Assembly: GCA_964016885.1 (NCBI GenBank)
Contig: OZ024743.1
Location: forward strand, 65,038,001-65,102,000
Direction: 5' to 3'
From: Eledone cirrhosa
Taxonomy: Eukaryota
Length of the DNA: 64,000 bases
The number at the start of each line of letters is the position of its first letter. Position 1 is the first letter of the stretch. Of the stretch, positions 1-13,596 are shown piece by piece. Below the pieces are notes generated by a model. That model ran no database searches. It was not told the DNA's origin and saw only the letters and a list, made by a program, of their open reading frames with translations. The position numbers and the translations under genes are program-made.

Positions 1-747
1 AATAGTCTGCTTTTCTTGTGTGTGTGCTATTATCAGGTCATTAAGTATGAAATGTCCAATTTCGATTTGAAAAGGTTTAAGGAAATCGGACATACTTAAG
101 AACCTAATAGTTTTCATTACTATTGTGATGGCTTAGTGGTTAGAGAGTTGGATTCACGATCATGAGATTGTGAGTTCAGTTGTGACCAGTAGATAATATC
201 AGCAATGGAAACATTGTTTCCTTTGTCGAATTTGACGAGGTCCACCCCACTCGGCAAGCGAATGAGATCTATGATCTTGTCAATCGATCAGAGTGACCAT
301 TGTTTTGTCTTTGCAATTGTTAATAATTCATCAGTGAAAAGGTGATGGATTGGTTGTGTCGGATAAAATACCATTGTGGTATTTGTGCTGGCATTTTACA
401 TTCTGAGTTTAAATCCTGTTGAGGTCAATTTTACCTTTCATTTTTGCAGAGTTAATAAAATGAAATAAAGAAACGATATGACTTTCGTCAAATCGGACCG
501 AGGAAACAATGTTTCCGTTGGTCTTTCCAATTGCTAATACTATCTATCGGTCGCAACTCCAGGTAGAAGGAGCAACGTGAAATAAAGTGTCTTGCTCAAG
601 GACATAACGCATCACCTGGTCCAGGAATCAAACTCACAACTTTACGATTGCGAATCCAATTCTCTAACCACTCAGCCACACGCCTTTACAATAAAATAAA
701 GTACCTGTCAAATACTGAGGTTGATTTAATTAACTTTACCCACAGCA

Positions 748-1620
748 GTTGGAAGCAAGAGGACTGAGAGTGAACCTAGCTAAGACAAAAGTGTTGATGA
801 GTAGAAAAGAGGACAAAACTCTGATTCCGTCAGGGAAATGGCCATGTTCGATATGCAGAAAAGGAACTGGCATAAATTCTATAAAATGCACACAATGCAG
901 ATCCTGGGTACACAAGAGATGTAGTGGGATAGCAGGCAAACTAACAGGTAGGGAGAAATATGTATGTAGTAGATGTACAGGGAAATTAGACAGTAGAAGT
1001 CGCATTGATAGACACATTTTTCAAATGCAGGAGGGCGCTATAGAAGTGGTGGATAGCTTCCGGTACATGGGAGGAGGGTGTTCCGAGGCCATAGTATCTA
1101 GAATGACTGGTTGGAAGAAGTTTAGGGAGCTGCTGAAGGAAGAAGGGTTTCTCCCTGCGTACGAAAGGCCGGTTGTATGATGCCTGTGTGAGGAGTGCGA
1201 TGCTGCATGGTAGTGAGACATGGGCAGCAACTGCAGAGGATATGCAACGGCTGGAGAGAAATGAGGCAAGCATGCTCCGTTGGATGTGCGTGAAGGACCC
1301 AGCATAAATGTGTTGAGAGAAACTGTGTCTGAGAGGGATAGAATGTAGTGTACGGGAGAGGAGACTGAGGTGGTTTGGACATGTGATGTGCATGGAGGAT
1401 GACCGATAGGTGAAGAAGTGTCAGGAAATGCCAGTTGAAGGAAGACGTGGTAGAGGTAGACCACGAAAAATATGGGCGGAGGTGGTGAGAACAGACCTCA
1501 GATCATTGAAGCTCACGGTGGAGATGACGAAGGACCGTGACGAGTGGAGAGATGCTGTGCTGAATAAGACCCGTCCCACCCTTGCAAACGGGGAAAAGCG
1601 GACGTAAAATGATGATGATT
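748..1620 (+). mobile_element. RTE-clade LINE 3' fragment (frameshifted)
   Basis: GLRVNLAKTKVL, Cys/His finger, FRY(L)G, MLHGSETW, RLRWFGHV, RGRGRPRK.W; (ATG)n tail. Confidence 0.88.
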
Positions 1621-2889
1621 GCCAAGATTTGCTGGCCTTGTGATTAAATTAGAAATCAATAATTAGCCAATGTGTGGCTTCTTAAGCCATAGTGAAGTTA
1701 ACCTGTCTAGGGGAGCAGACACTGCAAATAAACACTGACATGGTGGAGAGGACTCTTGAGTCTGGTAAGACAAGCTCTCTAGTGCTGATAGCACAAATAA
1801 TGTACCCAGTCCATACTGTAAAGTGGTTGCCAGAAAAATCCTGCAAAAAACACGAAAAGTATAGCAAATATGATTCTCATTGTGCCCATGCATGTGTGTA
1901 AAAACGATGATGTGTTACTGTATTTCTAATTAAATACACTTTATTTCAATTAATGAAGATTTCAGAGGGATTTACTAAAACTATTCATTACGGTGTCGAT
2001 AAAATAAAGTACCAGTAATGCACTGGGTAATTGCTGGCCTTGTGCCTAAAGTAGAAACAATTATTAAGATAGTATTTGTAACATAACAAAACATTCTTAT
2101 ATCAAATTATGATGGACGATTTTATTTTGGATAATAAAGTGGTTGGTGATAAGGACTACAGCTATAGATAATTGCTAGACAAAGGGTCTGGAGGATTTTG
2201 TTTAACCCTTTCATGACTGCATTTCTAATGAAATAATCTATTTTAATTAATTAATGAAGAATTTTGAGGGATTTACTAAAATTATTATTTTGTTACTAAG
2301 GTAGTAACTTAATGTAAGGTTTTTATATAAAATTATGTTGGAAGATTTTAATTTAAAGTGGACTTTAAAATGGGTGGTTTTATTTCATAGAACGATAACT
2401 GGTTTTGGCCGAGTTGATAACTAAAAGGTTTAGCTAATATATGACATGAAATCGTTATAGTAGCCAATCTGTTTTGTGCATTTCCAATCTATTATTTAGC
2501 TGTGGAACAGAAGTGTGGAGGGGAAACTAACTATATCTAAACTAAAGGGATATCTCTTCTAAGTGTGGTGGGGTTAAGTTCTTTTAGTCTGTTGATTACG
2601 TTGTGTGAGCTGTCTATGTCTCTGGAAAAGTGTGATGGAGAAGTTTGGAGAGAAGCCAGGAAATTCTGTAAAAAAGGGCCATTATGCTGGAAACAATAGG
2701 TCTAATTTTTAACCTGGGCCATGTTTTGTGTGTTTTAATATGGTGGTAGATCTCCCCAGATGCAGCAAGTGTAGTGACGGCATGGTGGAATTCCAGAGAG
2801 TTCTCACCAAGAATGGCTACCTTACTTCTTTCACCAAACACTGAAATGCCAAGACAACAACACTTAAAAGAACAAAGACATGCACCCCT

Positions 2890-3458
2890 AGAAGCTTTGG
2901 TGTGGCCACACTTAGGGATTCCAGATTGGTGATGCAAATTCTATCTTGCTCAGAACATTAACTACCTGGAAACTGTTCAGAGACGTGCAAGCAAGCGAAT
3001 ACCCTCCATCAGGCATCTACCATTCTCTGAATGCCTTGCTTCCCTGGGCATGATACATTGAAGCTCCGACGTCTGGTAAACACCCACAAAATTATTAGCC
3101 ATCTTGCCAACAACCCTGAGTACCTTTTTGATTTCCATGTGTCTAATGCCTGTGGGCATGCCCACAAAGTCAGAAAACAGCACAGCTCCCATAACTTTTG
3201 GAAACATTTTTTCATGCTCAGAGTTGCTGAAGCATGGAACAAACTACTTGCATCAGTTGTTAGCTGTCAATACACTGCATCCTTTAAAACCTCCATGCTT
3301 CCTGAAATTCCCCCTCCATACACATGCACACATGTATATCATGACTCATACACTATTCACTTCCCTGACATTTGTATATTATTCTATGTACTATACATGC
3401 ACCTTTGATGAGTTGTAGTACACCTGAGCACTGTACACAATCATTTCATTATTATTAT
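2890..3458 (+). mobile_element. CR1 LINE 3' fragment (same family; a 3' UTR copy also at 10150-10410 minus)
   Basis: Near-identical to 42770-43378. Confidence 0.88.
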
Positions 3459-3479
3459 AGGTAACATATGCTAGCTAAA

Positions 3480-3840
3480 GCTGCTACATTTCAGACAAGT
3501 CTCTATAGGGAGGGCTTGAATATACAGGTGACACACTTGGAACCTTAATTGAGGAGATCACTCCACATACAGCGATATGTACTCTCTTCATAATTGTTCC
3601 ACTAACAATGCAGAAGTGTGCATGAGAGCATATGTGCTCTACAAGATCACATGTAAAATATGTAGCTCCTCATACATCAGAAGTACTGTTCCGATGCTGC
3701 ACATAATGACAAGAACTGTTCAAAAACATCTTGGCAGATGTTGCAGCAAGACATTGAGGTCAACATAGAGGCAATGGCAAGGAATGTGGACAATTTAAGA
3801 ATCAAAGAGGCCATTCTCATCAACAAAGAAAAGCTAAATA
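3480..3840 (+). mobile_element. Penelope-like GIY-YIG endonuclease remnant
   Basis: VLYKITCKICSSSYIRST...LH and NLRIKEAILINKEK resemble PLE VVY.I.C..C...YIG.T and L.IKEA..I. Confidence 0.65.
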
Positions 3841-6800
3841 GTTGGTATGTAAAGAGATATAACTAAATGCCATAGCCCATTAGCATTTACATTATTCTAT
3901 ATTTACTATTTTCATGGTAAACACTTTATCTTACATAATATCGAATCTATGAGATTTTGATATTATTTACTTTGAGAACAATACCTTAACATCAGTATGA
4001 GTGGCTGGTTACAGCAGAAAGAGTTGAGATAATTCTGGCTGGATATGGCTGGTTTAAATGCTAAAGGGTTAAAGCATTTTGTCAGATGCTTTACCAATTC
4101 CATCTTCTTATCATATAACATATGCACAATGGTTGGAGAGATTGGTGAGCCTGACTAAGATGTCATTTGTAGTATTATGGATTGCCTCCAGGCTGCCAGG
4201 AAAATATTTGAGGGGGCAATTTCGAACTTATGGCACTCTGGTCAGGGTCTCCACAGTCATGTAGGGAGAGAGATGACAACCTGTATGGGATTCATTCTCT
4301 CCAGTCTACACATGTCCTCTGCAGTCACAACCCATGTTTTACTACCATGCAGCATCACACATCACACACAGGCATCCTTTTGTGTAGGGAGAAACTTTTG
4401 TTGCTAACAGTGGGAGTAGTTCTAAACTTCTTCCCACCTATCCTTATTTTAGCTATTAAGCACTCCTCTGCTGATAATTAGATCACATTTGGTCTGAACA
4501 CAGCAGATTTTTTTTTCCACAGAGAAAAGAACAATCAACCCCAGTACTGGATTAATATTCCTTTTAGACCTCGAAAGGATGAAAGGCAAAGTTGACCATG
4601 CCAGGATTTAAACTCAGAGTGCAGCGAACCGGAACATTCTGATGACACTGCCAATTAGTCACCTAAATACATCATTAATAACTCATAAAACAGTGTATAA
4701 ACCCATTTGTCTTCTTGTTGAGTTCCTTTTGCTCTTCAGGGGCACCTAAAACCCTTAGTGAAAGCACGATATATACTACCAAGTCCTACTTGATTGCAAG
4801 TGGTGGTTGTAGTAGCTGAAGTATCATAAGACCAGCCAAAGATTGTGAGCTGGCAGTGATAGGGATGTGGAGGTGGGAGCAACTGTAGTGAATATTATTT
4901 ACATTACTCTATATATATACTATTATATTTTCACAGTAAAGGCTTTACCTTACATAATGTCGAATCTATGGGATTTTGATATTATTTATTTTGAGAACAA
5001 TAGCTTAACGTCAGTATGAACAGCCAGTTACAGCTGGTTTGAACAGAAAGAGGTTAATGAATTCTGGCTGTATTCGGCTGGTTTAAATGCAGATGGGCTA
5101 ACGGAGGTATGGTTGCTAGCTTCACAATCCCTCCCTCCCTTTTCAACGCAGACCAAAAACTATCCTAGTATTTCAAAGTCAAGCCGAGTGGTGTTCCTAG
5201 ATAGGAGCCCATTTCAGGTATTGTCAGGGACTCAAACAATTTCACTGTTTTCAAAGGAACATTATATAATGTTATATCCAGTTAGCTTGTGAAAGCTGCC
5301 ACAATGAATATTTAATGATAAAATAATTGAATCATCATCGTTTTAATATCTACTTTCCCTGCTAGCAAGGGATGGATGGGTCCATATAAACCAAGTCAAT
5401 ACTGAAGCAGAGCCACTGATCTCCCAGGCAGGCCAGTGACCTGTGCGTTTATGTAGTCTCACGTTTCATCGAGTACTCAGGAGGTGTCATGCCTTTGACA
5501 CAACTGAGGGTCCTCCTAGTGATAAGGGTGTTGGACCTACGATCATAATGTCGTGGGTTCAATTCCTGGGCTGGGTTGTGTGTTGTGTTCTTGAGCAAAA
5601 CCCTTCATTTCATGTTGCTCCAGTATACTCAGCTGAAAATGACTGGCATCAAATAAATATACTCAGAAACAGACACAAGGTCAGTGTCTCTGTTTCCAGG
5701 AGATTACTTACCTGACTTAGTCAACTATTTTATAGTTTTATATTTAAACAGGTTGTGTTGTAGCAGCTTTCACAAGCTAAGTAGCTTAAAAATTATACAC
5801 ACACTTGCAGAAACAAGTTGAAATGGGCCTGCCGTCGAGATTCTGCCTCTTCATTATGCACATAAATATAATCATCATCAAACATGACTTTTCCATGCTT
5901 GCATGATTCTTTTTTAGCACAGCATCCCTCTACTCATTGTATATCTTCACTCTCTCTGTGAGTTTCACACACACATATATATATATATCATCATCACAGT
6001 TTAACGTCCATTTTTCACGCTAGAATGAGCTAGACGAGTTGACCTGTTGTGAGACAAGTCAGGTCAGGTAACTGTCTTGCTCATACAGAACAGATTCTGA
6101 CTTGCTCTCTATGGTTGGATGCCATTCCTAACGCCAATCATATTTACAGTGTGTACCGGGCGCTTTTTGTCATGATACTTTACACGATCACTTTACTGTG
6201 GACTGGGTGCTGTTTGTCATGACACCAAAACAACCACTTTTCAGTGAGGACTGAGGAGGTATGTGGAGATGTATATACAGACCCAAACCATACAAACAGA
6301 AAAATGCACAACAAAGAGAAAAAAATGTACTCAATACACAGATTTAATTCCTTTATTTAGAACTGAGACATTTCTATTGAAACTTTTGAGCTTCAAATCT
6401 GTCTCTTTATTGTGATGTAAAGTTGAGCTCTAAAACTCTAGGTTACACCAAAGAGTAGCCTCAGCTATCAACAAACACACATACACATGGGTCTATGTAT
6501 ACACTTACACACAACACACACACATATACACATCAGCTTACATACAAACATACAGTTTGATTGGCAAATATTCCGAATAAGACCCCTGCCTCTCATGCTC
6601 AAAATAAAGTCAACAATTCACTACAATGTAGAAAATAAGCAATGAATTCACCTTGCATTTCAACTTATAATTTTGGAGTGTATGTGTGTGTGTACGTGAG
6701 TGGATATATGTGTGTGAGTGTATGTGCGTGTAGATGACAGCAATAGAGAGTGTGCTCAGGAACACAGGTAAGGGCAAGAAATCAAGAAATGTGAGTGATA

Positions 6801-6972
6801 ACCGTATGTGTGAGTGCTTATATGTGTGTGTGGTTGATGACAAATTATTTTTGAAAGATATTTGCATCAAAATCAAACGTTTAGATATGTAAATGAGAAA
6901 AAAAAAAAAATTACAATATATATATGCTTACATATATGTGTGTATATATACACACACACACACATATACACA

Positions 6973-7093
6973 CAGAGTGGCTCCAAATGTCACTAAACCA
7001 TTTTAAAATATAATAATATTTTTACAATTAATTTATAATAAATAAAAGCGATATTATATTTTGAAATGGTCTAGTGACTTTTGGACAACCCTG
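6973..7093. mobile_element. Tc1/mariner-type MITE
   Basis: About 43-bp imperfect TIRs CAGAGTGGCTCCAAATGTCACTAAACCATTT / AAATGGTCTAGTGACTTTTGGACAACCCTG. Confidence 0.75.
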
Positions 7094-7763
7094 TGTTTTT
7101 TTTATACACGCACACACACACATATATATATGATACAACACAAAGGCTACATTTCATAATCACTTTAATTATGATATAGCCATGATACTATGACGCAATC
7201 CATCTTCAGATGCCATATAAGGCAGTTGATATACAAGGCACCATAATGTGGTGATATGGAAACAGGCCGTTGGAATAATATCATCAAATTTAGGTCAATC
7301 TACATATTTCTACATATTACTACATTGTGGTGCCTTGCATATGGATTATATATCGATTGCCCAATGTGCCATCTGAAGATGGTGTCATAGTATTATGATG
7401 TAGCCATTTCACCACAGAAATATGTATCATAGCTTTGTGTTGTATTATCAATGTATTTAACTCTGTCCTGTGCCACCAATATAATACTATATCAAAATTG
7501 GTAGAATACACATGATGTTGAGTACTCTTTCCTTAACACACCATGATTTTCCTTATCTGCTGCTACCAATTAGGAAAAACACTATGATACAAATATATAT
7601 ACCATTTATGGTCCAATGAGTGGAGTTGGTGATTCCGGTTAGTAAATGATGATGCAATAAATTAAAGCACTCTACGTTATGCAGATCATCCATCGTAGAG
7701 TAGATGTGGTATCCAGTGGTTGGTGCAGGAACGGAGTAAAGAATTCTTTCTGTTGTTTTTAAT

Positions 7764-7766
<3 letters not shown>

Positions 7767-7826
<60 letters not shown>

Positions 7827-8003
7827 TACATACATATAAATATACATACATACATATAAATATACATACATATATATAAATATACATACATATATATAAA
7901 TATACATACATACATATATATAAATATACATAAATACATATATATAAATATACATACATACATATAAATATACATACATTCATATATATATATATGTATA
8001 AAT

Positions 8004-8040
<37 letters not shown>

Positions 8041-8042
8041 AA
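7767..8042. repeat. (TA)n/(TACA)n compound microsatellite
   Basis: Direct inspection. Confidence 0.95.
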
Positions 8043-8401
8043 TATGAAAGAACGTTTTGTATCATTACATCTTCCACATAATCATCATCATCATCATCAC
8101 TAATAAGTATAAGTATTTTTATTGCTACTTCAATGTTTGGGGGGAAAAAAAAAAAATCCAAATAGTAATTCAATCAAATGTTATTCAACATGTGTAGCAC
8201 ACAATAAGAGGTGGTAGTGTTGCTGTTGTTGTCAGTGGTAGTGGAATGGCTTCATACCATCATCACCAACATGTGTCGCACACAAACACAATAAGAGGTG
8301 ATAGTGTTGCTGTTGTTAGTGGTGGTGGTGGAATGGCTTCATACCATCATAACCAAATATTCAATAATCTGTAGAATAACTGAGGTGTTTATTGGATGGT
8401 T

Positions 8402-8485
8402 TCACCTCTTGGCTAGACGTTTGTTCTGCCATGTTTCAAATTTGTTGTATGCAGCACTCAACATCTCCTCCATGTGTCCGGTGAG
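8402..8485 (-). CDS. GTF2H1: TFIIH p62 last coding exon
   Basis: LTGHMEEMLSAAYNKFETWQNKRLAKR-TGA resembles human [29 protein letters not shown] at 8388-8393. Confidence 0.93.
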   Translation of the reverse strand, partial: LTGHMEEMLSAAYNKFETWQNKRLAKR

Positions 8486-8531
8486 CTGTACGACGATAAA
8501 GACAGAGAAATTATAATGTGTGTGTGTATAA

Positions 8532-8539
8532 AATGGTAA

Positions 8540-8578
<39 letters not shown>

Positions 8579-9643
8579 ATCCCTAATTAATCTAATGGTA
8601 ATGAAAGGACTGAGATAGAGAGAGGGGGGATCCTAGTTAATCTAATGGCAATGAAAGGACTGAGATAGAGAGAGGGGGGATCCTAGTTAATCTAATGGTA
8701 ATGAAAGGACTGAGATAGAGAGAGGGGGGATCCTAGTTAATCTAATGGTAATGAAAGGACTGAGATAGAGAGAGGGGGGATCCCTAGTTAATCTAATGGT
8801 AATGAAAGGGTTGAGAGAGAGAGAGGGGAGATCCTAGTTAATCTAATGGTAATGAAAGGGTTGAGAGAGAGGGGGAGATCCCTAGTTAATATAATGGTAA
8901 TGAAAGGACAGAGAGAGAGAGAGGGGGGAGTGATCCCTAGTTAATCTAATGGTAATGAAAGGGTTGAGAGAGAGAGAGAGGGGGATCCCTAGTTAATCTA
9001 ATGGTAATGAAAGGGTTGAGAGAGAGAGAGAGAGAATCCTAGTTAATCTAATGGTAATGAAAGGGTTGAGAGAGAGAGAGGGGGGATCCCTAGTTAATCT
9101 AATGGTAATGAAAGGGTTGAGAGATAGAGAGGGAGAGATCCCTAGTTAATCTAATGGTAATGAAAGGCTTGAGAGAGAGAGAGGGAGAGATCCCTAGTTA
9201 ATCTAATGGTAATGAAAGGGTTGAGAGAGAGAGAGGGGGGAGAGATCCCTAATTAATCTAATGGTAATGAAAGGGTTAAGAGAGAGAGATCCCTAGTTAA
9301 TCTAATGGTAATGAAAGGGTTGAGAGAGAGAGAGAAAGAGAGAGGGGGGGGAGAGATCCCTAATTAATCTAATGGTAATGAAAAGGTTGAGAGAGAGAGA
9401 GGGGGGGGAGAGATCCCTAATTGATCTAATGGTAATGAAAGGGTTGAGAGAGAGAGAGGGGGAGAGATCCCTAATTGATCTAATGGTAATGAAAGGGTTG
9501 AGAGAGAGGGGTAGGGAACGAGATCCTTTGTTACTTACAATAATATCAATAAAAGGATTGAGAGAGAGATTCTTTGTTACATTAATAGTAATGGAAGGGG
9601 GGAGAGAGAGAGAGATCCTTTGTTACAATATTTATAATGAAAG
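8532..9643. repeat. 50-60 bp minisatellite with variable (GA)n
   Basis: About 20 copies of GATCCCTAGTTAATCTAATGGTAATGAAAGGGTTGA(GA)nG. Confidence 0.95.
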
Positions 9644-9988
9644 GGAGGCACATGGCTTAGTGGTTAGAGCATTGGCCTTGCAATCGAAAGGTTGTGAGTT
9701 CAATTCTCAGACCGGGTGGTGTGTTGTTTCCTTGAGCAAGACACTTTATTTCACATTGCTCCAGTTTACTCAGCTGTAGAAATGAGATGCTAGGGACTGA
9801 GGTCCTTATCATTCCACTGCAAAGTGGTCGTGTAGGTGCCACGGCAAAAAAGCACCCAGCACTCACTGTAAATGAGGTTGGTGTTAGGAAGGGCATCCAG
9901 CTGTAGAAATCAAGCCAGTATCAGTTCCCGTCCCACCCTTGCAAGCAGGGAAAAGCGGACGTAAAATGAAATGATGATGAAATGATGA
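9644..9988 (+). mobile_element. tRNA-headed SINE family B with RTE-derived tail (also 37833-38173, 57903-58263)
   Basis: A-box TGGCTTAGTGG, B-box GAGTTCAATTC, CORE-like CCTTGAGCAAGACACTTTA; tail matches LINE end 1570-1620; TSD ATGAAAGG. Confidence 0.88.
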
Positions 9989-10024
9989 AAGGATTAACAG
10001 AAAGAGAGATCCTTTGTTACTTAC

Positions 10025-10117
10025 ATTAATGGAATAATGTTGACTGATCAAGTGTTCTTTGAATGTGTTAAGTTTGCTGATATGGAACCTTTCCAAAGTT
10101 GTCTTCATCTTGACAAC
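10025..10117 (-). CDS. GTF2H1: TFIIH p62 coding exon 10
   Basis: VVKMKTTLERFHISKLNTFKEHLISQHYSIN; 93 nt. Confidence 0.93.
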
Positions 10118-11889
10118 CTGCAAATAAACACATAAGTAGAAGGACACAAATAATAATGATATAATAATAATGAAATTATTGTGTACAGTGCTCAGGTGTA
10201 CTACAACTCATCAAAGGTGCATGTATAGTACATAGAATAATGTACAAATGTCAGGGAAGTGAATAGTGTATGAGTCATGATATACATGTGTGTGTGTGTG
10301 TGTGTGTGTATAGAGGGGGAGTATTATGTGTTGGCGAATCTCAGGAAGCATGGAGGTTTTAAAGGATGCAGTGCCTTGACAGCTAACAACTGATGCTGGG
10401 AGTTTGTTCCATAGATAGAAGAGTTACTATAGGAGCCAGGGATAGGAATACGATAATCTTGGAAGCCAAGAATATAATAGCCAAACTGAAACTCCAAATC
10501 AACAACAGACTAGAACTCGACAACCAGTGGCTAACACAGACATAGTCACTATAGCACTTCATTCCACTTCAATAGATACAACCATAGCTTAGAATACATG
10601 TCATCTATTGACTACTTCTAGCATTGAGAAAAAAAAACCCTAACCACCTTCAAATGAAAAAAAAAACAAAACAGTAGCTTAACCCTTTAGCATTTAAACC
10701 AGCCGGATCTGGCCAGAATTCTTTCACCTCATTTGTTCAAACCAGTTGTAACCGGCCACTCATACTGATGTTAAAGTATTGTTCTCAAAATAAATAATAT
10801 CAAAATCTCATAGATTCGATATTACATGCGGTAAAGCCTTTATGGTGAAAAAAAAAAAAAAATATATATATAGAGGTAATGTAAATGCTAAAGGGTTACG
10901 AGTGACAAAAGATATCTTCTTTCTCTTCATCCACTTATTCCTGACAGAGTTGTGGGGGTAGGGTCCTCAAACACTCCTTTCAGTGGGTCCTGTCAGAAGC
11001 AACCGCCTCCAACTGATCTGGCTGGATCCCCAAGTGAAACCAGCCAAACTCATGGATGTTAACCAACCATCTTGTTAAGGGACTACTCCTAGGTCTCCTG
11101 CTGGTTGGTTTTGCCCATAAAATCTGTCCAGTGATTCTTTCTTGAGACATTCTAACCACATGCTCATCTTTTTGACAAAAGATATCTTGCTCTAAATTAG
11201 TTTCCTCAATTATTATGTTGATGAGGGGAATTTATCCCAAAATATAAGGACCAATAAACAACTCCAAGGTAACATCCTAACATCTTTGTTATCATTACAT
11301 TTTAAACAATTAATGTCCCATTTTCATTGTGGTAGCCTTCCAATAAACCACCCTTCTACAAACCTAGCTATTTCAACATTGTACATCCAATATGTCATAC
11401 ATACATAATTTGATACTTTCTTATTGTTGAGACACTGGCAGAGATAAACTTTGGAGAAATAATTATATTGATAAAGTGTCTAAATTAGAAAAGATTATCA
11501 TTATTAATGTATGTATTGTATATTAAATAATATACTGTATGTTTATTTTATTTTAAAACATTCTGAAGCACCCCTCCCCCCTCCCGTGTCTGCACAATAA
11601 ATATACCCAATCCAGTATGTAAAGTGGTTGGTGATAGGAAGGACATCCACTTGTAGAAGACTTGCCAAACAAAGGGTCAGCAGGATACTTCAGCTGTCAT
11701 AGACATGACAACATCCCTAGTGTTGGTGATCTACATGATAAATACACCCAGTACACTCTGTAAAGTGGTTGGTGATACGAAGAATGTCCAGCAGTAGAAA
11801 ACCTACCAAACAAACAATCGGCAGGAATCTTCAGCTATGTCAAAGATCTGACAACATCCAATGTGATGATGCCATTATAAAATATACTT

Positions 11890-12135
11890 AGTAGAGTGTG
11901 GGGGATGTATGTAAGAGAAAGACCTCCAGCTAGTTTGGTCACTCAGTGGAGTGTGGGGGATGTATGTAAGTGAAATGCAGGCCTCCAGCTAGTTTGGTCA
12001 CTCAGTGGAGTATGGGGGAGAGTATGTAGGTGAAATGTAGGCTTCCTGCTCAATTGAGTACTCAGTGGAGCAGCAGGGGGGAGGGGAGGAGAGAGAGTAT
12101 GTAAGCAAGATGTAGACTCCCAGTCTGTTTGAGTG
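11890..12135. repeat. About 58-bp diverged tandem repeat, 4 copies
   Basis: CTCAGTGGAGTGTGGGGGATGTATGTAAG...CCTCCAGCTAGTTTGGTCA. Confidence 0.8.
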
Positions 12136-12210
12136 GCTAAATAACTCCGCCTGAGCACTAGCTCGGTTAGTGAAGGCTCATATAATCCTTGCTAAGAGGG
12201 AGAACGGACC

Positions 12211-12424
12211 TTAACCCTTTAGCATTTAAACTGGCTGTATCCAGCCAGAATTCTCTCAACTCTTTCTGTTCAAACCGGCTGTAACTGGCCACTCATACTG
12301 ATGATAAGGTATATTTTCTCAAAATAAATAATATCAAAATCTCATAGGTTTGACATGTAAGATAAAGCTTTTACTGTGAAAATACAACAGTATATATAGA
12401 GTAATGTAAATGCTAAAGGGTTAA
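12211..12424. mobile_element. TTAA-flanked piggyBac-type MITE family 1 (also about 3873-4072, 4895-5102, 10680-10898, 25222-25425, 41181-41402)
   Basis: TTAA-CCCTTTAGCATTTA...TAAATGCTAAAGGG-TTAA, about 215 bp. Confidence 0.8.
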
Positions 12425-12503
12425 TGTGACGATGATGATGAACCATAAAGAAGAAAAGATAAAAAGTTAATTAGAAATGCAAAAAGTTCCCTCTAGAACT
12501 AAC

Positions 12504-12619
12504 CTTTTCTTCAAGGAATTTGGAAGATGCTGGAAAACATGACCAAAAATGTCTTAACAGTTCACACAATGCACTGTAGATCTGTTGTAGTTCCTCTTGA
12601 GTATCGACAGGAATTATTT
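12504..12619 (-). CDS. GTF2H1: TFIIH p62 coding exon 9
   Basis: QIIPVDTQEELQQIYSALCELLRHFWSCFPASSKFLEEK; 116 nt. Confidence 0.95.
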
Positions 12620-13473
12620 CTAAAATATTAGAGAATTCAAAGTAACATTAGAAACCAAATAATAATAAACAAAAAAGATGTGGAGGCATGAGGCCTAGTG
12701 GTAAGGGTGTTGGTCATATGATCATAATGCTGTGGGTTCGATTCCTGGATCAGGTTGTGTGTTGTGTTCTGGAGCAAAACAACTTCATTCCACATTGCTC
12801 CAGTATACTCAGCTGAAAATGAGTACCAGCAATATCTGGTGTGTTTAACCCTATGATGGACTGGGATCCTGTCCTGGGGGAAGTTATGTACTCTCAGTCA
12901 CTTAATGCCACAGAACCAAGATCAGCACCGGCCTGACCAGCCTCCTGGCTTGAGACAGACTTTAGTGCCTTTCAATAGAAATATTATAATGAATTGGATA
13001 AAAAGTTTATGTAATTTTACCTAAGAACCTTTGTTAAGTTATGTCCCAACACTACCTTAATAATGAGAAAGTTAGTTATATTACTAAGTCCTTGCAAACT
13101 TGATAACTTTCAAAATGATTTCATTAGAAATATTATAATGAATAGGTTGGAAAATAAAACTGAAATCTGGAACAAATGTTTTCACAGCTGTATGCTGTCC
13201 CCATAGCAACCACTGTTAAAGGTACAAATGTTACTTACACGTTAATTCACAAGCTGGACAATCATACCACCACCACCCACTCCTCGTACCATTGCCCCCC
13301 CCCCCCCCCCCGATCCTCACCACCACCACCATTGCAACCCCGCCAATCATCATCCCTACAACAATCACAACCATCGCCCCCAATCATCATCACAACAATG
13401 ACCACCATCCCAACCCCCACCAATCCAACTACTACCATTATCACCACCACCATCATCATCACAAATAACTTAC

Positions 13474-13564
13474 GTTGTAGATCTTGTTGACTTGTCCTCT
13501 GCATCAAACTTCCTCCAGGGGAAAGTTCTCCCAACACACTGAGGGCTAAATGAACTGGAAGAAC
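13474..13564 (-). CDS. GTF2H1: TFIIH p62 coding exon 8
   Basis: VLPVHLALSVLGELSPGGSLMQ; 91 nt. Confidence 0.92.
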
Positions 13565-13596
13565 CTGCAGAAAACAAATTAGAATTTATAAGTACA

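Noticed and set aside
7686-8173. YI/MY-rich ORFs
   Set aside because: Translation of (TA)n microsatellite
9644-9715. tRNA gene
   Set aside because: A/B boxes present but no complete cloverleaf; it continues into a SINE body in three copies
13176-13537. Pro/Thr-rich ORFs (also the His/Val-rich ORFs at 48061-48312)
   Set aside because: Intronic (CAC/CAT)n low-complexity sequence
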